From contig JAYSWN010000224.1 in the NCBI GenBank assembly GCA_043718025.1, forward strand, positions 1 through 17,601: DNA of 17,601 nt. The letters run 5' to 3'. Below, one piece after another: positions 1 to 7,720 of the stretch. The first letter of the stretch is position 1, and each line of letters opens with the position of its first letter. The notes beneath the pieces were generated by a model. It saw only the letters and a list, made by a program, of their open reading frames with translations. It was not told the origin of the DNA and searched no databases. This stretch comes from Pseudomonadota bacterium (GTDB taxonomy: Bacteria; Bdellovibrionota; FAC87; UBA2466). Position numbers and translations under genes: made by a program.

Positions 1-46
1 ACCCGTACTCCGCAAAGCTTCCTAAAAAGCCGATGAATTACTAACG

Positions 47-88
47 GGGCGACAATATCGCTGGGGAATTAGGGCGACCATATCGCCC
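47..88. repeat. Tandem pair of imperfect palindromes GGGCGAC(A/C)ATATCGC (REP-like)
   Basis: gggcgacaatatcgct at 47-62 and gggcgaccatatcgccc at 72-88. Confidence 0.6.
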
Positions 89-138
89 AAAAATCACACG
101 AAAGTATGAGCAGTCCCCATGAGCGGGACCTTCCTTAG

Positions 139-164
139 GAAAGTTCGATACTCGTCCACTCTGC
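139..164. repeat. 26-bp exact direct repeat, copy 1
   Basis: GAAAGTTCGATACTCGTCCACTCTGC is identical to 10916-10941. Confidence 0.9.
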
Positions 165-177
165 CCCGCCATAACTC

Positions 178-193
178 TTAAGGTTAACCTTAA
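178..193. promoter_or_regulatory. Perfect 16-bp palindrome, possible operator
   Basis: TTAAGGTTAACCTTAA in intergenic DNA upstream of the Smr gene. Confidence 0.4.
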
Positions 194-366
194 ACTGTCT
201 TCCGCGGATTCTTCTCCAAATAACGAATAAGGCCAGAAAGCATCTTCCCAATATCTGGCAATTCAAGTCGTTGTTTCCGTGGTACGGAAAGATTCCAAAG
301 GGCCCAATTGGCGGATGAAACGCCTAGCGGTTTGCACGCCGTCCAGAAGCTTGTAAAACAAGCTCT

Positions 367-837
367 ATGTCACGCGCGCTCCACACAATCAAAAAGAACG
401 ATGCCGTTTTTCACCGCAAGCTCGAGGCCGACGGAATCGTGCTGGAGGCGATGGCGAATGGACGGTATCGAGTCGGGATTGGCAGTCTGATCGTCGAGTG
501 CAAGGCGTCCGACTTGGTACTTCAAAAACACGGCCCCACCGCCCACACGAAAAAGCCCGGCGAAACCCACAAAGCCTCGACTTCGAGTGCCGGAAAGCCC
601 TCCCTGCGGTCTAGCTCAGTCGATCTCCACGGCTTGACGGTCGAGGAAGCTATCGCGACTCTCAACGGCGCTATCGACCGCGCTCTCCGCGGCGGGTCGA
701 GCTCACTGACTATCATTCACGGGCACGGCTCGGGACGAGTGAAATCGGCGGTACAACGCTTCCTGAAAACGTTGAGCGTCGTGAAAAATTTCAAGCTAGA
801 CGAACGCAACTCCGGCGCCACCGTGGCCTACTTCTAA
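367..837 (+). CDS. Smr/MutS2 C-terminal-like protein (KOW-like region + linker + Smr domain)
   Basis: Smr motifs VDLHGLTVEEA, IIHGHGSGRVK and NSGATV; N-terminal part resembles the MutS2 KOW region. Confidence 0.88.
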   Translation: MSRALHTIKKNDAVFHRKLEADGIVLEAMANGRYRVGIGSLIVECKASDLVLQKHGPTAHTKKPGETHKASTSSAGKPSLRSSSVDLHGLTVEEAIATLNGAIDRALRGGSSSLTIIHGHGSGRVKSAVQRFLKTLSVVKNFKLDERNSGATVAYF

Positions 838-957
838 TCCGCGAGAATTCGATGTGGAGAGGGAGTCGGCCTTCGTTCCTTCCGACGCGCGACACCAGAT
901 TTTTCTTAGTCCACTACATTGTGGTGTTATTTGCCGCGAGGCGCACCCTCTGCCAAA

Positions 958-1341
958 ATGGAGCCTATGGCACAGCTACTCGCAGTCGGATTATTTGGAT
1001 TGGTCGGTGTTTTTGCTCGCTGGTCTCTGGATGTACTAGCCGGACGATGGTTTGAGGTTTTCCCCGTCGGAATTCTGGCCATCAACATCGTCGGTTCCTT
1101 GATCGCGGGAGCCGTATATGTGATGGGCACGGAGAAAGCCCTTTTCCCGCAGTACCTGTCCATCGGATTACTGGTTGGATTCTGCGGTGGGTTCACCACA
1201 TTCTCGGCCTATGCACTTCAGGCATTCCTCCTGCTTGAAAAGGGGAGCCTGATTAAGGGGCTCGGATATCTTTTTCTAAGTCCCCTTCTTGGAATCTTAG
1301 GTGCATATTTGGGCGTCATTTCAGCGAGAGCTTGGACTTAA
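958..1341 (+). CDS. crcB: Fluoride efflux channel CrcB/Fluc
   Basis: GILAINIVGS and GFCGGFTTFS motifs, four hydrophobic helices; start at ATG 958 or 967. Confidence 0.95.
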   Translation: MEPMAQLLAVGLFGLVGVFARWSLDVLAGRWFEVFPVGILAINIVGSLIAGAVYVMGTEKALFPQYLSIGLLVGFCGGFTTFSAYALQAFLLLEKGSLIKGLGYLFLSPLLGILGAYLGVISARAWT

Positions 1342-1585
1342 GGTCGGGGGGCGGCGTAAGTTTCGTTTACCTGGATTTTAGAGCAACGATTTTTCGTTTC
1401 CCACGGATTCGCCAGGCTGCTTCGGCTCTGAGGATTTAGTCTCCCACGATCATTCCAGGGAATTGGAGATTGATTCCGTTCGGTACCGTCACGTTGGCGC
1501 CAAATACCGCGGCCCGCAGCCAAACGATACGATCGGAGCAGTGGTGCTCAGAAACAACTAGGAGAGTAGTCGCACAGTCGCTTCG

Positions 1586-1807
1586 CTATTCTGTAGTTTT
1601 CCCATCGAAATATTCATTGTCCGCCTCTGCCTCGTCGCGGGTATGGTGGACAACGCCATCGCGGTGATTCGGTGGCGCATAGAGCGTATAGAGCTTCAGC
1701 GGACCACTGCCAGTATTGATTATGCAGTGTTTGGCCGTATACAGCACTCGCCGAAAGTCGTCGTTTTTGACCGCCAGCTCCTCGATGTCTTTCACAAAGC
1801 CCTTCAT
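1586..1807 (-). pseudogene. Cupin-domain protein with an in-frame internal deletion
   Basis: N-terminus MKGFVKDIEELAVKNDDFRRVLYTAKHC is joined directly to C-terminus IINTGSGPLKLYTLYAPPNHRDG; the central cupin barrel typical of this ~130-aa family is missing. Confidence 0.75.
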
Positions 1808-1850
1808 GGCGACTCCTCCTCGGTATGGGGCAAAAAATCAAACCGATAGG

Positions 1851-2045
1851 CTACTCACCTACAACGGCATCAACGCCCTTTTTAAAGGCATCCTTGGCCT
1901 TGCCGATTCCCTTTTGAATTCTTCCTTTGATCTGATCAGCAACACCTTCTGTTTCGGTGGAAGTGTTGCCTGTCGCGTGACCAACTTCTTCCTTCACCCT
2001 GCCTTTAGTGATCTTCCAATTTCCCTTAATCTTATCCTTATTCAT
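1851..2045 (-). CDS. CsbD/YjbJ-family general stress protein
   Basis: MNKDKIKGNWKITKGRVKEEVGHATGN…EGVADQIKGRIQKGIGKAKD; RBS AAGGAG. Confidence 0.92.
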   Translation of the reverse strand: MNKDKIKGNWKITKGRVKEEVGHATGNTSTETEGVADQIKGRIQKGIGKAKDAFKKGVDAVVGE

Positions 2046-2047
2046 AA

Positions 2048-2341
2048 CTACTCCTTACTTACTCCGTCAGTTTGGGACTTGCGTCTGCCGACAATCAGGC
2101 CCGCGACCCCTCCGATTAAACAGCCGACGCCGACACCGGCGAGCATGGAGGTTAGCGGGCGACGATGAATGACTTCTCGGGTTCGACCCGTTGCCTTAAG
2201 AAGGCCTACTTGAGCGCGACTTCCGATAAGCGCGGCTTTCGTCTCAAGGTCGTGCATCTTGTGCGCGGCCTGTTCCTCTGCCAAAACGAACCGCTCTTTA
2301 ATTGATTTCACGTTCACCTGGTTCTCCATCTGCTCTTTCAT
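2048..2341 (-). CDS. DUF883 (ElaB/YqjD)-like tail-anchored membrane protein
   Basis: Start MKEQMEN with GAGGAAGG RBS; C-terminal IHRRPLTSMLAGVGVGCLIGG transmembrane motif. Confidence 0.7.
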   Translation of the reverse strand: MKEQMENQVNVKSIKERFVLAEEQAAHKMHDLETKAALIGSRAQVGLLKATGRTREVIHRRPLTSMLAGVGVGCLIGGVAGLIVGRRKSQTDGVSKE

Positions 2342-2367
2342 GACACCTTCCTCAACTTTCCTAGAAA

Positions 2368-2520
2368 CTAATGCGAGAGACGTCGCCCCTGGAGTAGTTG
2401 AATGACCAAGATGACAACGGCCGCCACGAGAACAATATGGATGAAGCCACCCATCGTGTAAGAACTCACCATTCCCAGGAGCCACATCACCATCAAAATT
2501 CCAAACATAGTCCAAAGCAT
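2368..2520 (-). CDS. lmo0937-family (DUF5670) small membrane protein, 50 aa
   Basis: MLWTMFGILMVMWLLGMVSSYTMGGFIHIVLVAAVVILVIQLLQGRR; AAGAGG RBS. Confidence 0.88.
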   Translation of the reverse strand: MLWTMFGILMVMWLLGMVSSYTMGGFIHIVLVAAVVILVIQLLQGRRLSH

Positions 2521-2798
2521 ATCGTTCCTCTTTTTGTTCGATCCGAATCTAATTACCGAATTCGAAAATATAGCGCTGCATGGAAAGTGCCACGTGCCTC
2601 CGCCACTCGCTCGCACCCTTGAATCAAGGCCAAATGAAGCCGAACTTATTATCCGAAGCTCAGCTCCCTCCGAATCTAAGCTGGCAAGCAAGCTGGGGTG
2701 GAACCCGATCTGGCTCACGGAGGGATCAAATGTCTCGATCCGGCGACGACCTCTGGAGCCGCCCAGGATTGGCAATCAGCCCTACGTTTATCCATTTC

Positions 2799-3575
2799 TT
2801 ACGGAATTCGGTACGGGTAGTAGTGGGCTCGATATAGTTTGGTGTGTGCTGCGTCGATAGTAACAGGGTAATCTAGTTGGACAGACTGTTTTACGTTTGC
2901 CTCCGAAAGAGGATTTCGCAGACGGACTAAAAGGCCACGCTCAGTCTCTTTAATGACCTTGGCATCTGGCACGCCGGTTTCAATAACTTGTGCCAGCTCA
3001 GCCAGACTAAACTCGGTGGGATCTGCACCCACGATAAGATCCTCTTCGCGAGTCCCCCCCCTTACGCGCGTTCCATGGATGCTTGAAATTTCAAGATAGA
3101 GCTGGTTTGCACGCAACAGGAGTATTTCAGCGTTTACTGTCTCGGGTAGCGGGGTATCGTCTTCCTGCATAGTCTCATCTCGTAGGGCAACGACGAGATA
3201 CTGCTTTGATTTTCTAGTGACCACGGCGCGAGAAAAGCTGGCCGATACCTTCTCTGCGCAGGCATCTACCGAATCCTCGGCATTTACCCCGACTCGAAAT
3301 GTATAACCTGTTCGCTGGAGAGCGGACGTCGGAAGTGAAATACCCCAATCAAGGCAGGCCAAGGAGCTGCTAGATTTCATATCTTCTTGGAGCTGCTCCA
3401 AGTTGGTGAGGAACTTTTGAGGCGGGCCTTGCTTTGCATTTTGCCTTGCCACCCGGTCCTCTTCCCATTGACGCCGCTCGCGCACCTGTCGTTGATATTG
3501 TCTGTTCCTTTCCCACCAATCGTCACCGAATGCAGCACTAGTAACTAAAAGCAGAACAAGAACTCTGATGATCAT
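2799..3575 (-). CDS. Secreted hypothetical protein
   Basis: 258-aa ORF, signal peptide MIIRVLVLLLVTSAAFG, GGGAG RBS. Confidence 0.75.
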   Translation of the reverse strand: MIIRVLVLLLVTSAAFGDDWWERNRQYQRQVRERRQWEEDRVARQNAKQGPPQKFLTNLEQLQEDMKSSSSLACLDWGISLPTSALQRTGYTFRVGVNAEDSVDACAEKVSASFSRAVVTRKSKQYLVVALRDETMQEDDTPLPETVNAEILLLRANQLYLEISSIHGTRVRGGTREEDLIVGADPTEFSLAELAQVIETGVPDAKVIKETERGLLVRLRNPLSEANVKQSVQLDYPVTIDAAHTKLYRAHYYPYRIP

Positions 3576-3803
3576 AATTCTCCCAATACGGTCTTTGATA
3601 CAAGAGGGGTCAGGACCCTACAAGCCTGAAACTCCGAGAAATCTATCAATCCGAGTGTCAGTCTCCCATCAAGCTTGAAAGGTAGCAGTCACGTGGAGTC
3701 CGAGAAGAAGAAATTACCCGTCTAATTTTCGCCTCTAATTCCAGGTCTGAAAAATTGATGGACACCCTCGCCTTGGACGAAAATCGAAAATCGTGAATAG
3801 AGG

Positions 3804-3829
3804 ATTTTTTTGGCTTTGGCCAAAAAAAT
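3804..3829. terminator. A/T-flanked hairpin directly 3' of the tRNA fragment of repeat copy 1 (putative terminator)
   Basis: ATTTTTTTGGC-TTTG-GCCAAAAAAAT; the GC stem is short. Confidence 0.5.
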
Positions 3830-3988
3830 GGCGGAGAGAGAGAGAACGTTGCCGGCCAATTTTACAAATGGTTGTAATGTTGGCCTTTTCTTAAAAAGTT
3901 CAAAACGTTAAGTAGCCTTTCGACTACCGCGCGTTACCGTCCATTACCGGGGATTACTGGGGCGAAGTGGCCAGGAATTGGCCAGGAT
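3829..3988 (-). repeat. att-like repeat copy 1 (tRNA-Ser 3' fragment + palindrome + phased boxes + arm-type boxes)
   Basis: TGGCGGAGAGAGAGAGA is the reverse complement of a tRNA-Ser 3' end; aligns collinearly with 5849-5996 and 8995-9156. Confidence 0.9.
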
Positions 3989-4094
3989 TCCCGTCGCGGA
4001 TTTGGGCGGGCAATCGAATTGAAACTTTAACCTTAACGGTGGCCTTCTCTTTACGGAAGCCAGCTTCCTCGCAGGCGCCCAGTCGAAGAGCGCG

Positions 4095-4301
4095 ATGGAG
4101 CTGCAAGAGATGCTCGGTCTGTTTCAGCACTTGGACATCAAAGAGTTCACCGCGACGTCCAAAACTGGTTCGACCGCCCTGGTTGAGCTGGATTTTGACG
4201 GAGAGAAATCGTACTGCTTAATCATGCCTAAAAGGGGCGACCAGATTTCGGTCGCCGTAAAAGGCGTCCTTCGCGACTACGACATTGTTTCGGCGTCGTA
4301 G
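4095..4301 (+). CDS. Small hypothetical protein or truncated gene remnant
   Basis: 68-aa ORF with protein-like composition, just inside repeat copy 1; no family recognised. Confidence 0.4.
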   Translation: MELQEMLGLFQHLDIKEFTATSKTGSTALVELDFDGEKSYCLIMPKRGDQISVAVKGVLRDYDIVSAS

Positions 4302-4354
4302 GGCAATCGTTGGCAAAAATTTGCAAGGGTGCTCCCAATCTCCGATACTAAGGT

Positions 4355-5815
4355 GTGGCGATCTTGCATCAACTCTTTTGGCTTATGCTGTTTGTGTCTC
4401 AAGTCGGGGCCGAGCCGCCACGAGTTCTTTGCATAAACCCATTAACCAATCTGGTTGTCGCGCGTCCGCCGGCATCGACTGCAGTACGAGATGCCTTTCA
4501 AGTGGCAGAGGCTTTTGAACGGGCGGGTCAAACCAAAGAGGCGAAGACTGCCCGCCTTGCCCTGGCCAAGGAGGTAGCTAAGGCGGCAAAAATTGAATGG
4601 CCGGCAGAACTTTCTGATGACGAGGCAATGAATCTTATCTGGGCCGCCCACACTCTTGTCTATGAGCCGCGAAAAAGTGGTTTGCCTGGAGCCACGGCGC
4701 ACTTTGCCCGCTATTTGAAATCGAACGACCCGGAGCTCGCCGGGTTTAGAAAAAAATTTGGCCCAGTTTTGGCGAAAGCGCTTTTACGGCGAGGGGTGGC
4801 GGGGCAAGAGCAGGCTTTTTTAAGCGCCATTGCGGATAGGAAAGAAGACCGCTTACCGCGCTTGCAATATGCCGACTGGCTTCAAGAACACGACCGCGTG
4901 GCTTCGGCCGAATTGCTGCGACTGAGGTGTGAGTTAGAGGAATTACCGGTCGCGAGGCGCGAGTTTTTTGCGGGTCGAATAAAGGAATTAGAACCGGAGG
5001 CCCTTCGCGAATGGCGTGAGTCAGGTATGGCAACGCTTTTAGCATCGGTGGGCGATTATAAGGAGCTAGCATCCGATGGGCTACCAGTGCTAACGACGCA
5101 CTCCCACGGCAACCTTCTGGGTTCTACTCCCGAACAACAACGAGCAATCACGGGCCTTAAGGTAGCTGGCATAGGTTGGGGAGAGGCCCAAATTCAACGA
5201 TTGACTCAATTAGAGCTAAATCAAGTGAGAACGCTCGATTTTAGTTACATCGCAATCGGTGATGCCGGGGTTAGACACTTAGCGGCTCCTGGCTCGGTTT
5301 TCAAAAATGTGACCTCACTTGATCTTACGCATATCCGAATCGGGGATGCCGGAGCTAGACACCTAGCGGCTCCTGACTCGGTTTTTAAAGGCGTCACTTC
5401 ACTTAGGCTCTCACATAACGAAATCGGCAATGCCGGAGCTAGGCACTTAGCGGCTCCTACCTCGGTTTTCAAAAATGTGACATTTCTTGATCTTACCGGT
5501 ACCCAAATCGGCGATGCCGGATCTAGGTACTTAGCGACTCCTACCTCGGTTTTTAAAAGCGTCACGGCACTTGGGCTCGCACATAACGAAATAGGTGATG
5601 CCGGTGCTAGACACTTAGCGGCTCCTACCTCGGTTTTTAAAGGCGTCACTATACTTGACCTCTCATTTAACGAAATCGGCGATGCCGGAGCTAGACATTT
5701 AGCGGCCCCTAACTCGGTCTTCAAAAAGCTCACCATACTTTACTTAGGGGAAAACGAAATCGGCTATGAGCTTTACCGAGCGACAGAAGCGGCGATGACT
5801 TCAGGGCGAAATTAG
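4355..5815 (+). CDS. Secreted TIGR02996-domain + RI/GALA-like leucine-rich repeat protein
   Basis: Signal-like N-terminus; EQAFLSAIADRKEDRLPRLQYADWLQEH TIGR02996 motif; 28-aa LRRs LDLxxNxIGDAGARHLA. Confidence 0.9.
   Translation: MAILHQLFWLMLFVSQVGAEPPRVLCINPLTNLVVARPPASTAVRDAFQVAEAFERAGQTKEAKTARLALAKEVAKAAKIEWPAELSDDEAMNLIWAAHTLVYEPRKSGLPGATAHFARYLKSNDPELAGFRKKFGPVLAKALLRRGVAGQEQAFLSAIADRKEDRLPRLQYADWLQEHDRVASAELLRLRCELEELPVARREFFAGRIKELEPEALREWRESGMATLLASVGDYKELASDGLPVLTTHSHGNLLGSTPEQQRAITGLKVAGIGWGEAQIQRLTQLELNQVRTLDFSYIAIGDAGVRHLAAPGSVFKNVTSLDLTHIRIGDAGARHLAAPDSVFKGVTSLRLSHNEIGNAGARHLAAPTSVFKNVTFLDLTGTQIGDAGSRYLATPTSVFKSVTALGLAHNEIGDAGARHLAAPTSVFKGVTILDLSFNEIGDAGARHLAAPNSVFKKLTILYLGENEIGYELYRATEAAMTSGRN
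5221..5775 (+). repeat. 84-bp intragenic tandem repeat (~6.5 LRR units)
   Basis: atcggtgatgccgg at 5255, atcggggatgccgg at 5339, and so on with 84-bp period. Confidence 0.95.
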
Positions 5816-5848
5816 GCGTTCCGGCTAAGTTTTTGAAATTAAAAAAAA

Positions 5849-5996
5849 TGGCGAGAGAGGGAGAACGTTGCCGGCCGATTTTACAAATGGTTGTAATGTT
5901 GGTCTTTTGTTAAATAGTTCAAAACGTAAAGTCGCCTTTCAACTACCGCCCGTTACCGTCTATTACCGGCGTTTTTTGGGGAGAAGTGGCCAGGAT
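5849..5996 (-). repeat. att-like repeat copy 2 (slightly degenerate tRNA core, one TGGCCAGG box)
   Basis: TGGCG-AGAGAGGGAGAACGTTGCCGGCCGATTTTACAAATGGTTGTAATGTTGG…TTACCG boxes…GTGGCCAGGAT. Confidence 0.9.
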
Positions 5997-6032
5997 TATT
6001 GTCCTGATCAGTGCGTGTCGCCTCTGCCGTTT

Positions 6033-6068
6033 AGAACTATTGAAAAGTTCTCCCAATAGGTGTACTAT
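6033..6068 (+). promoter_or_regulatory. Sigma70-type promoter of the TA operon with overlapping inverted repeat (putative autorepression operator)
   Basis: TTGAAA (6040-6045), 17 bp, TACTAT (6063-6068); AGAACT-N7-AGTTCT at 6033-6051. Confidence 0.6.
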
Positions 6069-6078
6069 TCTGTTCGGG

Positions 6079-6360
6079 ATGATAACCAGAGTTGATTTCA
6101 GCAAGAACGCTCAAAAGGAATTACGAAAGGTTCCCCAATATATTGCAGTAAAGCTGCAAGCTTGGAGTGATGACGTTGAAAGGCGGGGGCTTGAGGAAGT
6201 TCGCAAGATCCCTGGCTATCACGATGAGCCGTTGCATGGAAGCCGTGCGGGGCAGCGTTCGATTCGGCTGAGCCGGGGCTACCGAGCTATCTATGTGATT
6301 CGGGGTCACGGGACTATCGAGTTTGTTAGTGTCGAGGAGGTCAATAAGCATGAGTACTAA
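6079..6360 (+). CDS. RelE/HigB-family toxin (mRNA interferase)
   Basis: GYHDEPLHGSRAGQRSIRLSRGYRAIY…EEVNKHEY; toxin precedes antitoxin. Confidence 0.9.
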   Translation: MITRVDFSKNAQKELRKVPQYIAVKLQAWSDDVERRGLEEVRKIPGYHDEPLHGSRAGQRSIRLSRGYRAIYVIRGHGTIEFVSVEEVNKHEY

Positions 6361-6664
6361 GAAGAAAAGCGATGCGATGAAATTTCTGGAAGGGCTAACC
6401 GGTGGGCCGCTGACTCTTGGCCGTCTTATCGAGTCGATCCGTCTGGGTGAGGAGATGTCCCAGGTGGATTTCGCAAAGCTGCTAAAAATCTCTAAGTCCC
6501 ATCTCTGTGACATCGAAAAGGGACGGAAGGTGGTGAGTCCCGGCCGCGCGGCGCGGTTTGCGAAGACACTTGGGTATTCGGAAGACCAGTTTGTACGGTT
6601 GGCATTGCAGGCGCAGGTGGAAGAGGCGGGGTTGAAGCTAAAGGTGAGCGTGGAGGCGGCGTGA
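6350..6664 (+). CDS. HigA-like XRE-HTH antitoxin
   Basis: MSQVDFAKLLKISKSHLCDIEKGRK HTH; GAGGAGG RBS; overlaps the toxin stop. Confidence 0.9.
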   Translation: MSTKKKSDAMKFLEGLTGGPLTLGRLIESIRLGEEMSQVDFAKLLKISKSHLCDIEKGRKVVSPGRAARFAKTLGYSEDQFVRLALQAQVEEAGLKLKVSVEAA

Positions 6665-6692
6665 ACGCTGCTCTGCCATTGGTCATTTGGAC

Positions 6693-7046
6693 ATGAAAAA
6701 ACTAAGTGCATTGCTTCAGACCAAGATGGCCAAATGGGGACTGAGCAGTTTCGTTGTTCTTTCGGTTCTCCTTTGTGCCGGCGAATTGAAGAACGTCGGG
6801 GAACCTCGACCAATTCATATTCAAATCATCAATGGGTTTATCATGGCAATTCTTCTGAATATCACTCTTATAGTTAGCCTAACGCGTATCGCTTCAAAAT
6901 TTCGATATTTGATTATTTTACCCCTTGCACTTTCTGGAGTGGGAGTAGCATTCGTTGTGTGGGGGTACCACGTTACTTGGATTCCTGCCGTACTCATCCT
7001 GTATTCTTGTGCTGGGTTTCGGCTGTTTACTGAGAGCATAGATTGA
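6693..7046 (+). CDS. Hypothetical membrane protein (~4 TM)
   Basis: Strongly hydrophobic 117-aa ORF overlapping the next gene by 4 bp. Confidence 0.65.
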   Translation: MKKLSALLQTKMAKWGLSSFVVLSVLLCAGELKNVGEPRPIHIQIINGFIMAILLNITLIVSLTRIASKFRYLIILPLALSGVGVAFVVWGYHVTWIPAVLILYSCAGFRLFTESID

Positions 7047-7690
7047 AAAATCCTAGGGTACTAAGAGATGAATCCGAGACGGAAGCGTATGAATACTTCG
7101 ATAAAAGTGTGCGAGCGCTTCCCAAAGATTCATCCGGAACCATCGATGCGAAGAGAGGTGGTTTTAGTGACAACGACGTGGATGCGTTTCGGCACGCCTA
7201 TGTGAGTGCTGTTTTTACCCAGGAATATGGAGAGAAGGCGGCGGATATATTCGGCAGAATGAACGAGATGAACCCGGCAAATATCTACTCGAACTCGATG
7301 AATCCTGGCTCGAAGAACATGGACCTTTGGAATAATGCCGTCGGCAGAAAATATGGTCTAAAATTCCAGGACCGTGCGGTTCTACTAAAAGCCCTTGAGC
7401 AAGCGCTGAAAAACGGCGAGCTGATCACCGATCCGAACGATAAGCGTCAGTACCAGGGAGCGACCGACGATCCGGTAAACAAGAAAAAGCCGGTAATTGT
7501 TCTCAAGGAGGGCGAGAAAGGTCGCAATGAATTCTACTACGATACCGTGAAACGTCATTTTCTAACGGCGGAGGAGTTCATCGGCCTAATCAAGAAAGGC
7601 CAATACCCAGGGTACGCAGTCAAATTGATTCACGGCGTCCCCACCCCTGTTTCAAATCCTGATACTCACAAAATCAATAATCTTGGATAG
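7043..7690 (+). CDS. DUF6973-like domain + C-terminal DUF3892-like domain protein
   Basis: VDAFRHAY…MNE…MDLWNNAVGRKYG; C-terminal SNPDTHKINNL. Confidence 0.75.
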   Translation: MKNPRVLRDESETEAYEYFDKSVRALPKDSSGTIDAKRGGFSDNDVDAFRHAYVSAVFTQEYGEKAADIFGRMNEMNPANIYSNSMNPGSKNMDLWNNAVGRKYGLKFQDRAVLLKALEQALKNGELITDPNDKRQYQGATDDPVNKKKPVIVLKEGEKGRNEFYYDTVKRHFLTAEEFIGLIKKGQYPGYAVKLIHGVPTPVSNPDTHKINNLG

Positions 7691-7720
7691 TCAGGCGAGC
7701 GGTCACCAAGAGGTGGCACG

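Noticed and set aside
838..957. Fluoride riboswitch upstream of crcB
   Set aside because: No GGCGATGG…TGATG-type consensus recognisable; an Rfam RF01734 scan would be decisive
2048..2775. Long versions of ORFs 2048-2515 and 2368-2775
   Set aside because: They overlap each other; internal ATGs at 2341 and 2520 have RBSs and give family-typical lengths
5245..5736. 163-aa repetitive antisense ORF
   Set aside because: Shadow of the LRR tandem repeat on the opposite strand
5221..5775. Diversity-generating retroelement acting on the LRR gene
   Set aside because: No reverse transcriptase or separate template repeat in the window; differences are not evidently adenine-specific
6121..6813. 230-aa minus-strand ORF
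   Set aside because: Antisense to a well-supported TA pair; no recognisable motifs
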